A stretch of 64,000 nt of DNA from Octopus vulgaris (lineage: Eukaryota), in assembly GCA_951406725.2 (NCBI GenBank), contig OX597823.1:42284001-42348000 (forward strand). The letters run 5' to 3'. The notes below the pieces were generated by a model. It was given only the letters and a program-made list of their open reading frames with translations, was not told where the DNA came from and did not search any database. Positions 63,211 through 64,000 of the stretch are shown here, piece by piece. The stretch's first letter is position 1. Each line of letters opens with the position of its first letter. The position numbers were made by a program, and so were the translations under genes.

Positions 63211-63829
63211 AGAGGATTTAGTTACTATTTCAAGCAGGTTAAGTGGCCACATAGAGTCTTCTGCACTGATTCAGCAACTACCAATAAGATATAAAATATA
63301 CTGAAAGAATCACTGACCAAAAGAAATTAGACCACATTTGTTGCATGACAATATTATATTTAGAAGGAACTCTGCACACCAGTTATTTGAGAAAGTAGCT
63401 TTGTTAGTATTTAGTTGCAGGATCTCACCCCAACAATTCATCTTCTTAATTCACCTGCTACACATGTCCTCCACTCACTGCAATCTCTCCTCTATCTACT
63501 GCTCTCCTTTCACATTCTTGCAAACTTACCTACCCACTCAGCCTATCCAATCCTCTCTGCCACTGTTTTCACCTCCCTGTAACTTGAAGGTATGCCCCGA
63601 TATATTTTTTTTATCACCTCTCTCTCTCCTTTCTCTTTTTCAAATAGGGCAGCTATGTATTTCTGCTACAGCAAGACATCTGTTTCTGTCCTTCTATCAT
63701 ACTTTATTGATTTAACTCCTCATCACTTGGCACAAAGCCACTTCCCTCAATACTACTTCACCACCCTCTTCAATTCAGAGGTCATGTCTTGCGAGTTACT
63801 TGAGGACCTTACTAGAGCTGGAACCATGT

Positions 63830-64000
63830 AAAAGCATCCAGTACATTCTGTAAAGTGGCTGACATTAGGAAAACCATCCAGGCATGGAAACCATTATGAA
63901 GCAAGCAGTGGAGCTTACTGCAGTCCTCTGGCTTTCCAACTCCCATAGAACCATCCAGTTCATGCCAACATGGAAAATGGACATTAAAAGGCAATGATAA
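63830..64000 (+). mobile_element. RTE 3' tail
   Basis: CATTAGGAAAACCATCCAG...CATGCCAACATGGAAAATGGACATTAAA. Confidence 0.7.

Overview
AT-rich, repeat-saturated eukaryotic DNA with no protein-coding gene I can support. It is probably deep intron or intergenic sequence. The mix of tRNA-derived CORE- and Meta-type SINEs, RTE and R4/Dong LINE fragments, Penelope-like elements and dense (TA)n/(CA)n/(TAA)n/(CAT)n microsatellites best fits an octopus (coleoid cephalopod) genome; this is inference. Almost all supplied ORFs are microsatellite or antisense artefacts. Recognisable coding relics are decayed transposable elements: two DD37D/maT mariner remnants, one Tc1 remnant, several RTE 3' ends, at least six R4/Dong-like RLE fragments and two inverted Penelope GIY-YIG fragments. 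Non-coding piggyBac-type and hAT-type MITEs are also present. The most unusual structure is at 109-1031: a 923-bp TG...CA element with 380-bp inverted arms and an AATT target duplication. It is built from an LTR plus tRNA-Trp primer-binding site followed by an inverted LTR copy. Other highlights are three different Dong-like elements stacked on one (TAA)n tract, a template-switch footprint inside a SINE, a SINE nested in the microsatellite of its own family, several decayed hammerhead-like motifs and a candidate 24-nt microexon. Coordinates of decayed repeats are approximate, and family names come from manual motif recognition, not database searches.
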